Virus record (IMG/VR): IMGVR_UViG_3300016665_000872
Coordinates: 1 to 64,000 of that record
Length of the DNA: 64,000 nucleotides
Origin: a virus
Strand: one strand, 5' to 3'
Positions 8,286 to 17,086 of the stretch are shown piece by piece. Positions within the stretch are counted from its first letter, which is position 1. Each line of letters begins with the position of its first letter. The notes under the pieces are model-generated. The model saw nothing but the letters and a program-made list of their open reading frames with translations. It was not told the DNA's origin and searched no databases. A program made the position numbers and the translations under genes.

Positions 8286-8935
8286 CAGCGTAGTCCTCCG
8301 TTCTTTTCCTGCTGCAAGCGCCGGAACAGTCGCTGAACGATTGGCCCAACCTCTGCGCTGACTTCTGGACTATTCTGCCAATCCTCAACCATTACATATG
8401 AATCACGGAAGCCATCTCTTTTCGCCTCTCTGAATACACCTCTAGCGGAATCAACTGACAGCACATTGGCGTATTGATTAATCGGCCCGCCAATGGATGA
8501 GTTCTCTAGTACATGCGTCAATCCCGGTGGCGCGGCTGGGACAAACAGCAACGCCTGACTGCCATCACTACCTTTCTCCAGACCGCTAAAGACAATCCGA
8601 TCGCCATCAATCACCGAGGCTCCATATACGCCGCTCCTGTCCTGCACCGGGAAGACCATGGGAGCAATTTCAGGCAGGCTGTCCTGCAGGTACCGCTCAA
8701 TCACTGCCAACTTCTCCGCAGTGCCCATGCTTGCCGTCTTGCGGGGGCTGGCAGCGTCCTGCAGTAATGCCCGAAGATCACTGGCCCCTAGGGCTACCGA
8801 CCCTCGCTCCGAAAGCAGCGAACCAAGTAACGCGGCATCCGAGCCCAGCGTCCCTGGGGCCCGCCCTTCACTCGCTAAAGCCTCTCTGTAGGCCGCTTTC
8901 AATATCGAATCCCCCGCCATTCGCGTGGTCATCAC
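8285..8935 (-). CDS. hypothetical protein
   Basis: 216-aa ORF in an operon with overlapping stops and starts. Confidence 0.6.
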   Translation of the reverse strand: MMTTRMAGDSILKAAYREALASEGRAPGTLGSDAALLGSLLSERGSVALGASDLRALLQDAASPRKTASMGTAEKLAVIERYLQDSLPEIAPMVFPVQDRSGVYGASVIDGDRIVFSGLEKGSDGSQALLFVPAAPPGLTHVLENSSIGGPINQYANVLSVDSARGVFREAKRDGFRDSYVMVEDWQNSPEVSAEVGPIVQRLFRRLQQEKNGGLR

Positions 8936-9393
8936 TGTACCCCTACCGCCTGAGAACGATTCTCACTCCCATATTCTGGCGGATTGCTGATCGCATCCAG
9001 CCCGTAGAGACCCAGCAAAATCCCCAGCGACGGCAGCCCGTACTTCATGGCCATACGAACGCCAGACGGAAGCACCACCGGCTCGCTCGCTTCCAGTTGC
9101 TCCACCGCCGCTCGCACTGCGGGCAGAGGCGAACTCAACGGTGTCCGTGCCATCGCCGAGTTAGCCGGGGTCTCTACCCCCACCTTTTCGGATCTGACCT
9201 CCCCGTAGACCGCCTTCTGTGCGGCCTGGGTTGCCTCTTCATGGGAGAGATCGGCCTGCCTGCCGCGGATGTACGCAATGTCGTACTCGTTCTCCCTCAG
9301 GTATCCGCCAGCGACCGCATCAATATCCCCCTGCGAGGGGCGCAGGTGCGGAAACCTCGCATAGAACTCCTCTCGACTCAGGCGCTCCGTCAC
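8932..9393 (-). CDS. hypothetical protein
   Basis: 153-aa ORF with 4-nt overlaps to both neighbours. Confidence 0.6.
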   Translation of the reverse strand: MTERLSREEFYARFPHLRPSQGDIDAVAGGYLRENEYDIAYIRGRQADLSHEEATQAAQKAVYGEVRSEKVGVETPANSAMARTPLSSPLPAVRAAVEQLEASEPVVLPSGVRMAMKYGLPSLGILLGLYGLDAISNPPEYGSENRSQAVGVQ

Positions 9394-10007
9394 GCTCGCC
9401 TAGCCCCCTCGCCCTGCTGCTCACCCCCAGGAGCCAGGATGAACGGAGCGGTCAGAGCCACTGCAGCCTGAGCCAGGTTGTCACCGCTGTAGCGGCCAAT
9501 TGCGGTCATCAGCCCCTCCACGTCGCCTCGGCCCTTGAAGTTCTGCCGGTACTTGGCCAGATGCAGATCCCGCAGCACTGATAGCGCTTGCTTCTCGCGC
9601 TGCTCGGTCGCTGCCCGCCTCAGCTGCTCAAACTGCATCACCGAGGCCTTTGTGCCAGGGAATGCAGCAGCCACTTCAGCGGGGATTCCGGCCATCAGCT
9701 CGGGGTTGCGTGCATCGAGCCGCCTGCCGATGGCTCCACCGACCTGAGCTGCCACCGGCCTGGCACCAAACGCAGCCACCCCGCCCAGCAGTGTTGAAAG
9801 GGCAATCTCCTCCGGGCTCATGTCCGTGAAGATCGCCTGCCCCGTTGCCGCCACCGCAGCGCCGCCAAGGGTCTCCAGCGCATCCTGAAATGTCGCGCTG
9901 TCTTTGTACTTCTGGCCGATGAGGCTCAGAATTTCCTTGATCTTGTCCTGAGCTTTGCGCACCGCTTCAGACCTCCTGGTAGCCAGCTGCGGGCTGACCC
10001 TGTCCAT
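9390..10007 (-). CDS. hypothetical protein
   Basis: 205-aa ORF with a Gly/Ala-rich hydrophobic centre. Confidence 0.6.
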   Translation of the reverse strand: MDRVSPQLATRRSEAVRKAQDKIKEILSLIGQKYKDSATFQDALETLGGAAVAATGQAIFTDMSPEEIALSTLLGGVAAFGARPVAAQVGGAIGRRLDARNPELMAGIPAEVAAAFPGTKASVMQFEQLRRAATEQREKQALSVLRDLHLAKYRQNFKGRGDVEGLMTAIGRYSGDNLAQAAVALTAPFILAPGGEQQGEGARRA

Positions 10008-10161
10008 TCACCGCCTGCCCCATCGATCCCTCGAACACCGGAGTCAATCGATCCGCCAGGACTTGATTGGTCCCAGGATCCTCCACGCCAGTGCGATCTG
10101 AGATGGCCATGTACGCCACCAACTCAGGCGTCAGGTTTAACGACTCGCCAGCCTGACGCAT
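9967..10161 (-). CDS. hypothetical protein
   Basis: 64-aa ORF, first gene of the - strand operon. Confidence 0.45.
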   Translation of the reverse strand: MRQAGESLNLTPELVAYMAISDRTGVEDPGTNQVLADRLTPVFEGSMGQAVNGQGQPAAGYQEV

Positions 10162-10427
10162 CTGTAGCGGGCATCAATCCTTTTGGGCAGTCTAAGAAAT
10201 CCGCGCAGTCCACTAAAACTCTCTTATGCTGAGCGAGTCCCGCGAAATCCGGAATTTGCCGGTAACCCGCGTGGGCCCTAAGTCCTGAAATCGCTGGTAT
10301 TTCAGGCCGGAGGGATCGCTTCCCTCTGTCAGCAGCGGACCTGGGTAGCCCAGGACTGCCGCGATAGCCGAGGCCCCTTCTGGGGCCTTTGGTGTTTATG
10401 GGGCAGGCTCCAACAGGCAGCACTCTT

Positions 10428-10498
10428 CGGTCGATAGCCCAAGCAGAGGCGGCCAGGACAACTGGAACTCAGTCCCGGTTCAAATCCGGGTCGACCGC
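10428..10498 (+). ncRNA. tRNA-like element lacking a canonical anticodon arm
   Basis: 7-bp acceptor CGGTCGA/TCGACCG and T-arm CCCGG-TTCAAAT-CCGGG. The centre folds only as CCAG-GACAA-CTGG, and the D stem is 3 bp with no GG. A hairpin follows at 10503-10521. Confidence 0.4.
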
Positions 10499-10540
10499 TC
10501 CACCCTCATTTCAAATGAGGGTCTCGCCCCAGCTCAAGCC

Positions 10541-10577
10541 AAAAAAGAGCCCCCGGCCATGGAACGACCCGGGGGCT
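10541..10577 (-). terminator. rho-independent terminator of the repressor gene
   Basis: On the - strand, AGCCCCCGG-(12 nt)-CCGGGGGCT is followed by CTTTTTT, 37 nt after the stop at 10614. Confidence 0.7.
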
Positions 10578-10613
10578 ACAGGGTTCTTTCGTTGCTCACT
10601 ATAGCCCGCAGCC

Positions 10614-11258
10614 CTAGATGATGGGCTCCCGCTTGCTGAAGGCCTCCTTCACCGCGCTGAGCTCGTAGTTGGCCGCAATGCTGAAGGCCTCGGCCAGCTC
10701 GTCGGTGAACTCCCCGCGCAGCACCAGCGGCTCCAGGTCCGCATCGGTGAGCCCCAGCTTCTCCCGCATCCGGGGTGAGAGCTCCAGGTCCTCGAGCTCC
10801 CGCAGCGGCCAGGTGTAGGGCTCCAGCTCCTGGGCCTCCGGTAGTGCCTTGGGGTCCGGCGCCCCGCCCAGCCACCGCTGCCCGGCCTCCTGCAGTGAGG
10901 CCATCAGCTTGGGCAGATCCTCCTGGCCTGCTTCGCTGCGAATCCAGCTTTCAACATCACGCACCGTGACATCGGTCACTAATTCACCAGTGAGATAGAA
11001 CCGCAACAGGGCATCCAGCGTGACCCCCAGAGCGTGGGCCAGCTTCCCCTGGATCTCAATGGCCACCCGCAGCGGGCGGATCTCGCCATTGAGGTACTTG
11101 GTCATGGTGCCGATCTTGACGCCGATCTCGGCACTGAGCTGCCGCTGCGACATCCGGTTGACCACCATGGCTTGCTGCAGCGCCTGAGCAAAGCGCTGGG
11201 TCTGCGCCTGCTCCTCCGGGCTCATCAGCAAGGGGCCGTCTCGATCTGCAGCGGTCAT
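10614..11258 (-). CDS. XRE/CI-like HTH transcriptional repressor
   Basis: HTH MSQRQLSAEIGVKIGTMTKYLNGE plus a C-terminal domain. It is divergent from the replication gene. Confidence 0.8.
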   Translation of the reverse strand: MTAADRDGPLLMSPEEQAQTQRFAQALQQAMVVNRMSQRQLSAEIGVKIGTMTKYLNGEIRPLRVAIEIQGKLAHALGVTLDALLRFYLTGELVTDVTVRDVESWIRSEAGQEDLPKLMASLQEAGQRWLGGAPDPKALPEAQELEPYTWPLRELEDLELSPRMREKLGLTDADLEPLVLRGEFTDELAEAFSIAANYELSAVKEAFSKREPII

Positions 11259-11442
11259 GGTGTTTCGCGTCTTATACCGAGACGGTAGTGGTGAACCCTG
11301 GGGCTGTCAGCCCTCGTCACCATTCTCCCCGCGAAAACCCCTGCAGCGCAAGGGCATTAGCAGATGTGACGCATCATGCCGGCGTTCGACGTGAAAGCTG
11401 AATGCCATCGGGCTACCATGTGCACGCCTCAGCGGTCACTGG
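11259..11442. promoter_or_regulatory. divergent regulatory region (repressor / primase-helicase)
   Basis: 184-nt gap containing the palindromes CGTCT-N7-AGACG (11268-11284) and GGGCTG-T-CAGCCC (11301-11313). The promoters themselves were not identified. Confidence 0.4.
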
Positions 11443-13920
11443 ATGACGCCGCACGCACCGGGCGATCAACTCGCCTATTCGATTAATCCTGCAATCCACA
11501 ACAAGCCAGCCACCTGGGACCCGCGCTTTGCCTCGGGGTGGTTGAGCTGCGAGGGGGCACTCTTTGATCTCCGCCAACACGTCGAGGCCGGCACTGCGTT
11601 CATCGCAGCGGCCATGTCCAGCGATCACCGCACCAGTGCCGCCTTCCTGCATGCGGATCTGGTGGTCATCGACATTGACTCCGGCCTGACCCTTGAGGGA
11701 TTCGCCAGCCACGACCTCGCTCCCCTGGCGGCCTACCTCTATACAACCTGCAGTCACGATCCAGCAGCGGGCAAGCACCGCTTCCGGGTGCTGTTCCGCC
11801 TGCCCCGCCGCATCGAAGATCCCGATCTCTACAAAGCGATCGTCACGATCCTGACCCGGGCCCTCGGCGGCGATAAGAGCTGCACTGATCCCTGCCGCCT
11901 CTTCTACGGCAATGCCAATGGCAGCTGCCCGGCCTGGAATCCCGGTGCCCTGCTACCCGAATCCCTGATTGATGACGCCCGCAAGGAACTGGCCCTGAGC
12001 CGCACCCGCTACGAGAGGGCCCGCCAGGACCACGACGAACTCTCAATTCAGCGGGCGATCTACGTTCTCGATCAGATCATCCCGCCCACCAATGACGGCG
12101 AGCGGGATGCCTTCATCAAAGTCACCGCCGCTGCCAGCTCCGGTGGGGATGCCCTCTTCCCGGCCTGGTGTGACTGGGCAACCCGCGGTCACCACGGCAG
12201 CGGCAAGAACGCCCGCCAAGCCAGTGAGAAATTCTTCCGCGGCTTCCATGGCCGCAGCTCCCTGGCCACCCTCTTCTATCTCGCCGGCGAGATCGACCCC
12301 GATTGGCGCTCCTCGCTCCCAGAGGAACTCAAGGGCAGCGAGACCCCGTCGTTCTTCCAACAGACCGGAGTTGCCGGCTACGACCACGAGGACTTCCTGG
12401 GCCTTGATCCCTTTGATGACGCCCCGCTGCTGAATCCCAGCCAGCTGGCGACCCAGAGCCTCTTTGACCCAGCTGCCCCCTGGGCCAAGACCGCCGTCAT
12501 CGCCAAGCCCGAGCCACCCGAGCAGCACCCTGATCTCGAGGACCGAGACTCCGGCGACCTCGATGACTTTGACCCCGACATCGATCCCGATGAGCTCTCC
12601 GACATGGAGATGCTCGATGAGGGCTTTGAGGTGGCCGCCCGCCATGCCGACACCCTCGGCGAACCAATCAAGACCCGCCGCAACAAGGTCGTCAAAGAGG
12701 ACACAATCCAGGCCATTAAGGATCGGCTACTCCTCCTCTACCCCGGGCTGCGGCTCAATGCCATGAGCCTCCGGCTGGAATACGGACCCGCCCATCAGCC
12801 GCGGGTCATTCAGGATCCATCCCAGCTCTACGCCTTCATCAGCGCCGGTACAGGCCAGGTCTTTCAAAAGACCCTGGTCTATGACGTGGCCCACATCATC
12901 GGCCAGCAAAACCTCTACCACCCGGTCCGCGCCTACCTCGAGCACTGCGCCTCCTACGCCGAGCCCTGCGGCTACTTCAACACCCTGGCCTCCGAACTTC
13001 TCGGCGTGCCAACCGATGACACCCAGTCACCACGTTTTGATAACGGCGACCTGGTAGCCGATGTCATCCTCAAGCGCTTCTTGATTGGTGCCGTCGCCCG
13101 GGCCGTCAAGCCTGGCTGCACCCATGACTGGATGCCGATCCTCATTGGCTCGCAGAACGCCGGTAAATCCACCTTCTTCCACTACCTCACGCCGCCCTCG
13201 CCGGACTGCGACCACAACTACCCCTGGGTCTCCACGATTCAGCAGAGCATCGCTCAGCTCAAGGAGAAGCCCCACATCATGCACTCCGGCTGGTTCATCA
13301 TCTTCGATGAGGTCGAGCGCTACTTCAAGCGGCAGTACACCGAGGAACTCAAGAACCTGATCTCCGTCTCGGTGGATCTCAGCGCCCGCAAGTACGAGAA
13401 CGAGCGCAACTTCTCCCGCGGCTTTGTGCTCTGCGGCGCCACCAACTCCGTCGACTTCCTCTGCGATCCCACCGGCAACCGGCGCTTCCTGCCGATCATG
13501 GTCAAAGGGAAGGTGCCGAGTCCTAAGAACCCCAGGGTCAAGATCATCGACCTGGACCGGCTCAAGCAGGACCGCGATGCCATCTGGAGTGCCGCCTACC
13601 GGGCCTACCTGGCGGGCGAACCCCATACCTTCTCCAGCTACGAGCTCAACCAGATCGAGGACTACCTCAACGGCTTCCAGCGGGATACGCCGATCGAAAC
13701 CGAGGTGCTGCGGGTGCTCGAAATCAATAACAGCGGCATCTACCGCGATGAGAGCTATGTCACCCTCTCGGATGTCTTCAAGTGGATGGACATTCCACTG
13801 GAGCGCCACTCCAACATGCTGCAGCCCATTACTGATGTGATGAAGCGGCACGGTTGGAAGATGAAACGGATCCGCGCCATGAACAGGATGTTCCGCGTTT
13901 GGATGCGTCCAAGGTCGTGA
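11443..13920 (+). CDS. bifunctional primase-polymerase / VapE(D5)-type helicase
   Basis: N-terminal prim-pol motifs (LVVIDIDSG, HRFRVLF, DPCRLFYG). C-terminal P-loop NTPase with Walker A LIGSQNAGKST and Walker B WFIIFDEVE. Confidence 0.85.
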   Translation: MTPHAPGDQLAYSINPAIHNKPATWDPRFASGWLSCEGALFDLRQHVEAGTAFIAAAMSSDHRTSAAFLHADLVVIDIDSGLTLEGFASHDLAPLAAYLYTTCSHDPAAGKHRFRVLFRLPRRIEDPDLYKAIVTILTRALGGDKSCTDPCRLFYGNANGSCPAWNPGALLPESLIDDARKELALSRTRYERARQDHDELSIQRAIYVLDQIIPPTNDGERDAFIKVTAAASSGGDALFPAWCDWATRGHHGSGKNARQASEKFFRGFHGRSSLATLFYLAGEIDPDWRSSLPEELKGSETPSFFQQTGVAGYDHEDFLGLDPFDDAPLLNPSQLATQSLFDPAAPWAKTAVIAKPEPPEQHPDLEDRDSGDLDDFDPDIDPDELSDMEMLDEGFEVAARHADTLGEPIKTRRNKVVKEDTIQAIKDRLLLLYPGLRLNAMSLRLEYGPAHQPRVIQDPSQLYAFISAGTGQVFQKTLVYDVAHIIGQQNLYHPVRAYLEHCASYAEPCGYFNTLASELLGVPTDDTQSPRFDNGDLVADVILKRFLIGAVARAVKPGCTHDWMPILIGSQNAGKSTFFHYLTPPSPDCDHNYPWVSTIQQSIAQLKEKPHIMHSGWFIIFDEVERYFKRQYTEELKNLISVSVDLSARKYENERNFSRGFVLCGATNSVDFLCDPTGNRRFLPIMVKGKVPSPKNPRVKIIDLDRLKQDRDAIWSAAYRAYLAGEPHTFSSYELNQIEDYLNGFQRDTPIETEVLRVLEINNSGIYRDESYVTLSDVFKWMDIPLERHSNMLQPITDVMKRHGWKMKRIRAMNRMFRVWMRPRS

Positions 13921-13952
13921 CTCGCGGAATCTACCTTTGAGAATACGATTTG

Positions 13953-13977
13953 GCCGCCCCTGAAAAGGCGGCTTTTT
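13953..13977 (+). terminator. rho-independent terminator
   Basis: GCCGCC-(8 nt)-GGCGGC followed by TTTTT, 33 nt after the primase stop. Confidence 0.7.
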
Positions 13978-14039
13978 CATGTGGTGGTGCGGGTTCTCGG
14001 GGTTGGTTATATAAATGCAACCCCAGTAGTCGTTTTGCC

Positions 14040-14350
14040 CGTCACAGGGGGGTGTCACCCCCAAAGCCACTGCGCTGGAACCACTCTGCTGGGTGTGACG
14101 ACCGTGCCAAGGGTTTCCTATGTATTGATAGACAGGAAGCTGCTCAGTGCCCACAGCTTTCTGTATCTCCCTGAACACTTTCGTTCCTCGCTATGGTGTT
14201 CGAAGTTCTTGGTTCTCTTGACCAAGAAGGGGAGGAACAAAATTTCAATACTAGAGAAAAAGCTCGTCACACCCCCAGCCTTTTCTCAACTCCCTTCCGC
14301 CCCAGTCGATCTCGGCGAACTTCAAGGGGTCCCACCCCCGTCACACATTT
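14040..14350. repeat. GTCAC(A)CCCCC repeat cluster in a non-coding region
   Basis: Copies at 14052-14062 (part of the palindrome GGGGGTG-T-CACCCCC), 14091-14099 (inverted), 14266-14276 and 14331-14346. The region is AT-richer and has no convincing ORF. Confidence 0.4.
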
Positions 14351-14459
14351 CCGAAGCTCGAAAAACGCCCTCTCCGGATTTCGAGTCGCAAGAGACACGG
14401 CATAACCTCCTTGCCCTGGCTGCTCCAGGCGATACGATCTGCACGCCGCAGCGTTCGCC

Positions 14460-14750
14460 ATGCAGTCCCATCCCCTCCACGCAGAGGACCGCGCCGTTGT
14501 CGATCGGCTCCTGGCTGCCCCCACACCAGCCGAGCCCGACTACATCGATGCCGCCCGGCTCCTCATGCGCTACGAGGGCTATCCGGGCTGCCTGGACATT
14601 CAGTCAGATCTCCACGCCTGCCTGAAGCGCTGGGGCCTGGAGCGGGATCAACTCCACGACAAGACCCGTTCGATTTGGGCTTCGGGATGGCGCCCCATCG
14701 CCATTAACCCCGAGGCCCAGGTCGGCTCCGGCGCGGATGTCTCCGCCTAG
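14460..14750 (+). CDS. hypothetical protein
   Basis: 96-aa ORF (..LLMRYEGYPGCLDIQSDLHACLKRWGLERDQLHDKTRSIWASGWRP..). Confidence 0.6.
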   Translation: MQSHPLHAEDRAVVDRLLAAPTPAEPDYIDAARLLMRYEGYPGCLDIQSDLHACLKRWGLERDQLHDKTRSIWASGWRPIAINPEAQVGSGADVSA

Positions 14751-14862
14751 CCCTCCTCCACTGATGACCCCATGGGCCCTCAATTCATTCGCTATTTCTT
14801 GCTCGGCTTCCTGCTGAACCCTGTGCTCTGGATTGCGATCTACAACCTCCTGACCCGCTAGC

Positions 14863-15123
14863 TCAGCGGTCCTCCAGCTTCCGGATCCGCATTTCGTGAT
14901 CGCGCAGATCGTCCTCCAGGTTGCGGATGTCACTGCTCAGTTCTTTGCGCAGTGCCTTCATCTCCTCGAGGATCGCATCCATGCCTTCTTTCATGGCATC
15001 GATTCCCGCTTTCATCACGCCGCGGTTTTCGGCCATCTTCCATAGCGCGTTGGCACCTTTCCACATCGCACCAACACTTGCTCCGCCAAATCCCAGCAGG
15101 GCAATTACCTCGCCAAGGCCCAT
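14863..15123 (-). CDS. membrane-anchored coiled-coil protein
   Basis: 86 aa with an N-terminal hydrophobic segment (VIALLGFGGASVGAMW) followed by a heptad-like charged helix. Confidence 0.6.
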   Translation of the reverse strand: MGLGEVIALLGFGGASVGAMWKGANALWKMAENRGVMKAGIDAMKEGMDAILEEMKALRKELSSDIRNLEDDLRDHEMRIRKLEDR

Positions 15124-15180
15124 TGCTTTTGGGATCGATGGTCTAGCGCAATCCTAAAAACTTCACTGCAGGGAATAACA

Positions 15181-15729
15181 ATGGACAACCTCAAACCCCC
15201 CAGGCCGCCGCGGCACTGGGACCAGCGCTTTCTTGCCCTGGCCTCCCATGTTGCCGGCTGGTCCAAAGATCCCTCCACCAAGGTCGGCGCCATCGCTGTA
15301 CGGGACCGCCGTCTTCTGGCTTCCGGTTACAACGGCTTTCCGGCCCATGTCGGTGATGAGTTGGAGCGCCTGAAGAACCGCGACATCCGCCTGATGATGA
15401 CGGTTCACGCCGAAGCCAACGTCATCGCCTACGCCGCCCGGCATGGGGTCTGTCTGGCTGGCTCCACCATCTACGTCTGGCCGCTGATGACCTGCAATCA
15501 GTGCGCCGCCCAGCTCATCCAGGCCGGCGTGATCAAGGTCGTTGTTCCTGATTTCGTTGAACCCATCCGCTGGCAGGACAGCTTTGCCGCCGCCAAGCAG
15601 ATGTTCATCGAAGCCGGGGTTGCCGTCGCCCGTATCCCCATGCGCGGCCCCCTCGATCCAGCTCAGGACGATGAAGACCTGGATGATCCCCACGCCGATC
15701 TGCTCGGTGAGCTGCCGTCACTCGCCTGA
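15181..15729 (+). CDS. dCMP deaminase (cytidine/deoxycytidylate deaminase family)
   Basis: Zinc motifs VHAEANVI and CNQCAAQLIQAGV. The size is typical. Confidence 0.85.
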   Translation: MDNLKPPRPPRHWDQRFLALASHVAGWSKDPSTKVGAIAVRDRRLLASGYNGFPAHVGDELERLKNRDIRLMMTVHAEANVIAYAARHGVCLAGSTIYVWPLMTCNQCAAQLIQAGVIKVVVPDFVEPIRWQDSFAAAKQMFIEAGVAVARIPMRGPLDPAQDDEDLDDPHADLLGELPSLA

Positions 15730-15737
15730 TTTCACGA

Positions 15738-16022
15738 TTGCCCTGCGCTATGAAACGCAAGAACGTCATCTTTGACATGCGTAGTCCACTGCTTGGACTG
15801 CGGGTTCGCCTCATCACCGATGGCCGCATCGGTTTTGTCGTCGGCAAGGCAGAACGCCTCGGTAATCGCATGGCGCTGGTTCCCGTCATCGTCGAAGCCA
15901 GTACCCGCAGTGAACTCTGGCCTGAAACCCGCATTGAAGCGCTGCCGATCAAAGAGCAGCACCTGTCCCTGGGCGGTCAATACAAAGCCCCCGCCGGTTA
16001 CCCCCTGCACGCCAAGCCATGA
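15738..16022 (+). CDS. hypothetical protein
   Basis: The likely start is ATG 15750 (MKRKNVIFD..). Confidence 0.5.
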   Translation: MPCAMKRKNVIFDMRSPLLGLRVRLITDGRIGFVVGKAERLGNRMALVPVIVEASTRSELWPETRIEALPIKEQHLSLGGQYKAPAGYPLHAKP

Positions 16023-16294
16023 CCCGTCGATCCAAACCTCCCCTACAGCCCGGTGATCGCGTCATTGAGCGCGAGCGGGTGCCCGATCACGTCGCCACCA
16101 TTCGCTCGCCCAACTTCAAGCAGGTGCAAGGCATCATCGGCAATCGCCGCCGCGGTCTGGTCACTGGCGTTGTCACCAAGGCCAATCGCCGCGGTGCAGC
16201 GGTCACTTACGCCCAGGTGATCTGGGATGGATTGGCCACACCATCCCTGCATGCCCAGTGCCGCCTCGAAGTTCTGACATCCGGGGACCACTAG
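16019..16294 (+). CDS. hypothetical protein
   Basis: 91-aa ORF with a 4-nt overlap to the previous gene. Confidence 0.5.
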   Translation: MTRRSKPPLQPGDRVIERERVPDHVATIRSPNFKQVQGIIGNRRRGLVTGVVTKANRRGAAVTYAQVIWDGLATPSLHAQCRLEVLTSGDH

Positions 16295-16328
16295 GATCCG
16301 GTACATTCCAGCTGACGCAACGCCTGCC

Positions 16329-17027
16329 ATGGCTCGCTGGGCTATACCGCCAAACCTTCATACCGAGACCATCGGCGGGCCGGTCTGCTACTTCCACGAC
16401 CACAACATCGGCTCCCGGGACGGCCGGATCCCCCGGTACAACGATTCCCATGCCTGCGTGCGTTGCATCTCCTCACTGATGGAGGGGCGACTCACGCTGG
16501 ATGTGCACCGCATGGAGGCTCGCCATCGCCGGCGTTTCCTGGAATTCTGGTCGTTTGTCGAGATCCGCGACCCCGAGGAGTGCTGGCCCTGGCGTGGTCG
16601 CTTCCATAGCCGCAGTTCCTCAGGTTATTTCTCCATTCCCCGCCATTGGGGCCGCGGTCGATCCTTCAGTGCCCAGCGCGTCGCCACCTGGTTCAGCTGG
16701 GGAGATGTCGGCGTCCTGCCGATCAAGCACACCTGCGGCGACAACAACTGCTGCAACCCGCTGCATGTTCGGGTGCAGGGCGTGCCGCACTTCTATCACA
16801 ACCGCAAGCTGCTGCTGCTGGATCTGGAATTCAATTCCCGCAAGCTCAGCCGCGAAACCGACAGCTTCCTGGTCACCACCCGCGACCGGGACCCCAAGCG
16901 CTTTGAGGAATTCGAGCGCCATAACCGCGCCTGGATTGAGTACCGCATCGCCTCCCAGCAGCCGGTCCAGCCAGGTGAGATTGATTTCGGCGAGATGGAT
17001 GATGACGACGACGATGTCCTCGATTAG
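16329..17027 (+). CDS. HNH homing endonuclease
   Basis: ECWPWRG..SGYFS..AQRVATWFSWG..IKHTCGDNNCCNPLHV fits the HNH_3-type pattern. The tail is acidic. Confidence 0.7.
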   Translation: MARWAIPPNLHTETIGGPVCYFHDHNIGSRDGRIPRYNDSHACVRCISSLMEGRLTLDVHRMEARHRRRFLEFWSFVEIRDPEECWPWRGRFHSRSSSGYFSIPRHWGRGRSFSAQRVATWFSWGDVGVLPIKHTCGDNNCCNPLHVRVQGVPHFYHNRKLLLLDLEFNSRKLSRETDSFLVTTRDRDPKRFEEFERHNRAWIEYRIASQQPVQPGEIDFGEMDDDDDDVLD

Positions 17028-17086
17028 GGGACCCGTTGTTTGCAGTTGCCATAAAATCGAGCGACCTACAATGAAGCCATCGCTCG

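Noticed and set aside
10398-10510. Possible tmRNA or tmRNA tRNA-like domain (GGGGCAGG upstream, ..CCGCTCCACC downstream of a T-arm)
   Set aside because: The GCTCCA-like 3' end is separated from the T-stem by 7 extra nucleotides. The 5' GGGGCAG does not pair with it in register. No tag ORF or pseudoknots were seen. The 7-bp CGGTCGA/TCGACCG acceptor explains the region better.
13027-14178. 383-aa - strand ORF, representing the other long antisense ORFs (2974..3711, 6318..7082, 17108..17854, 19093..19818, 48358..48930, 51632..52612, 61377..62045)
   Set aside because: These are long open frames antisense to well-supported genes, as expected in GC-rich DNA. Their translations are Arg/Gly/Ala/Pro-rich and low in complexity, with no motifs.
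13981-14625. 214-aa + strand ORF spanning the non-coding region after the primase gene
   Set aside because: The translation is low complexity and crosses a terminator-proximal, AT-richer, repeat-bearing region. The 3' part is better explained by the ORF 14460..14750 in another frame.
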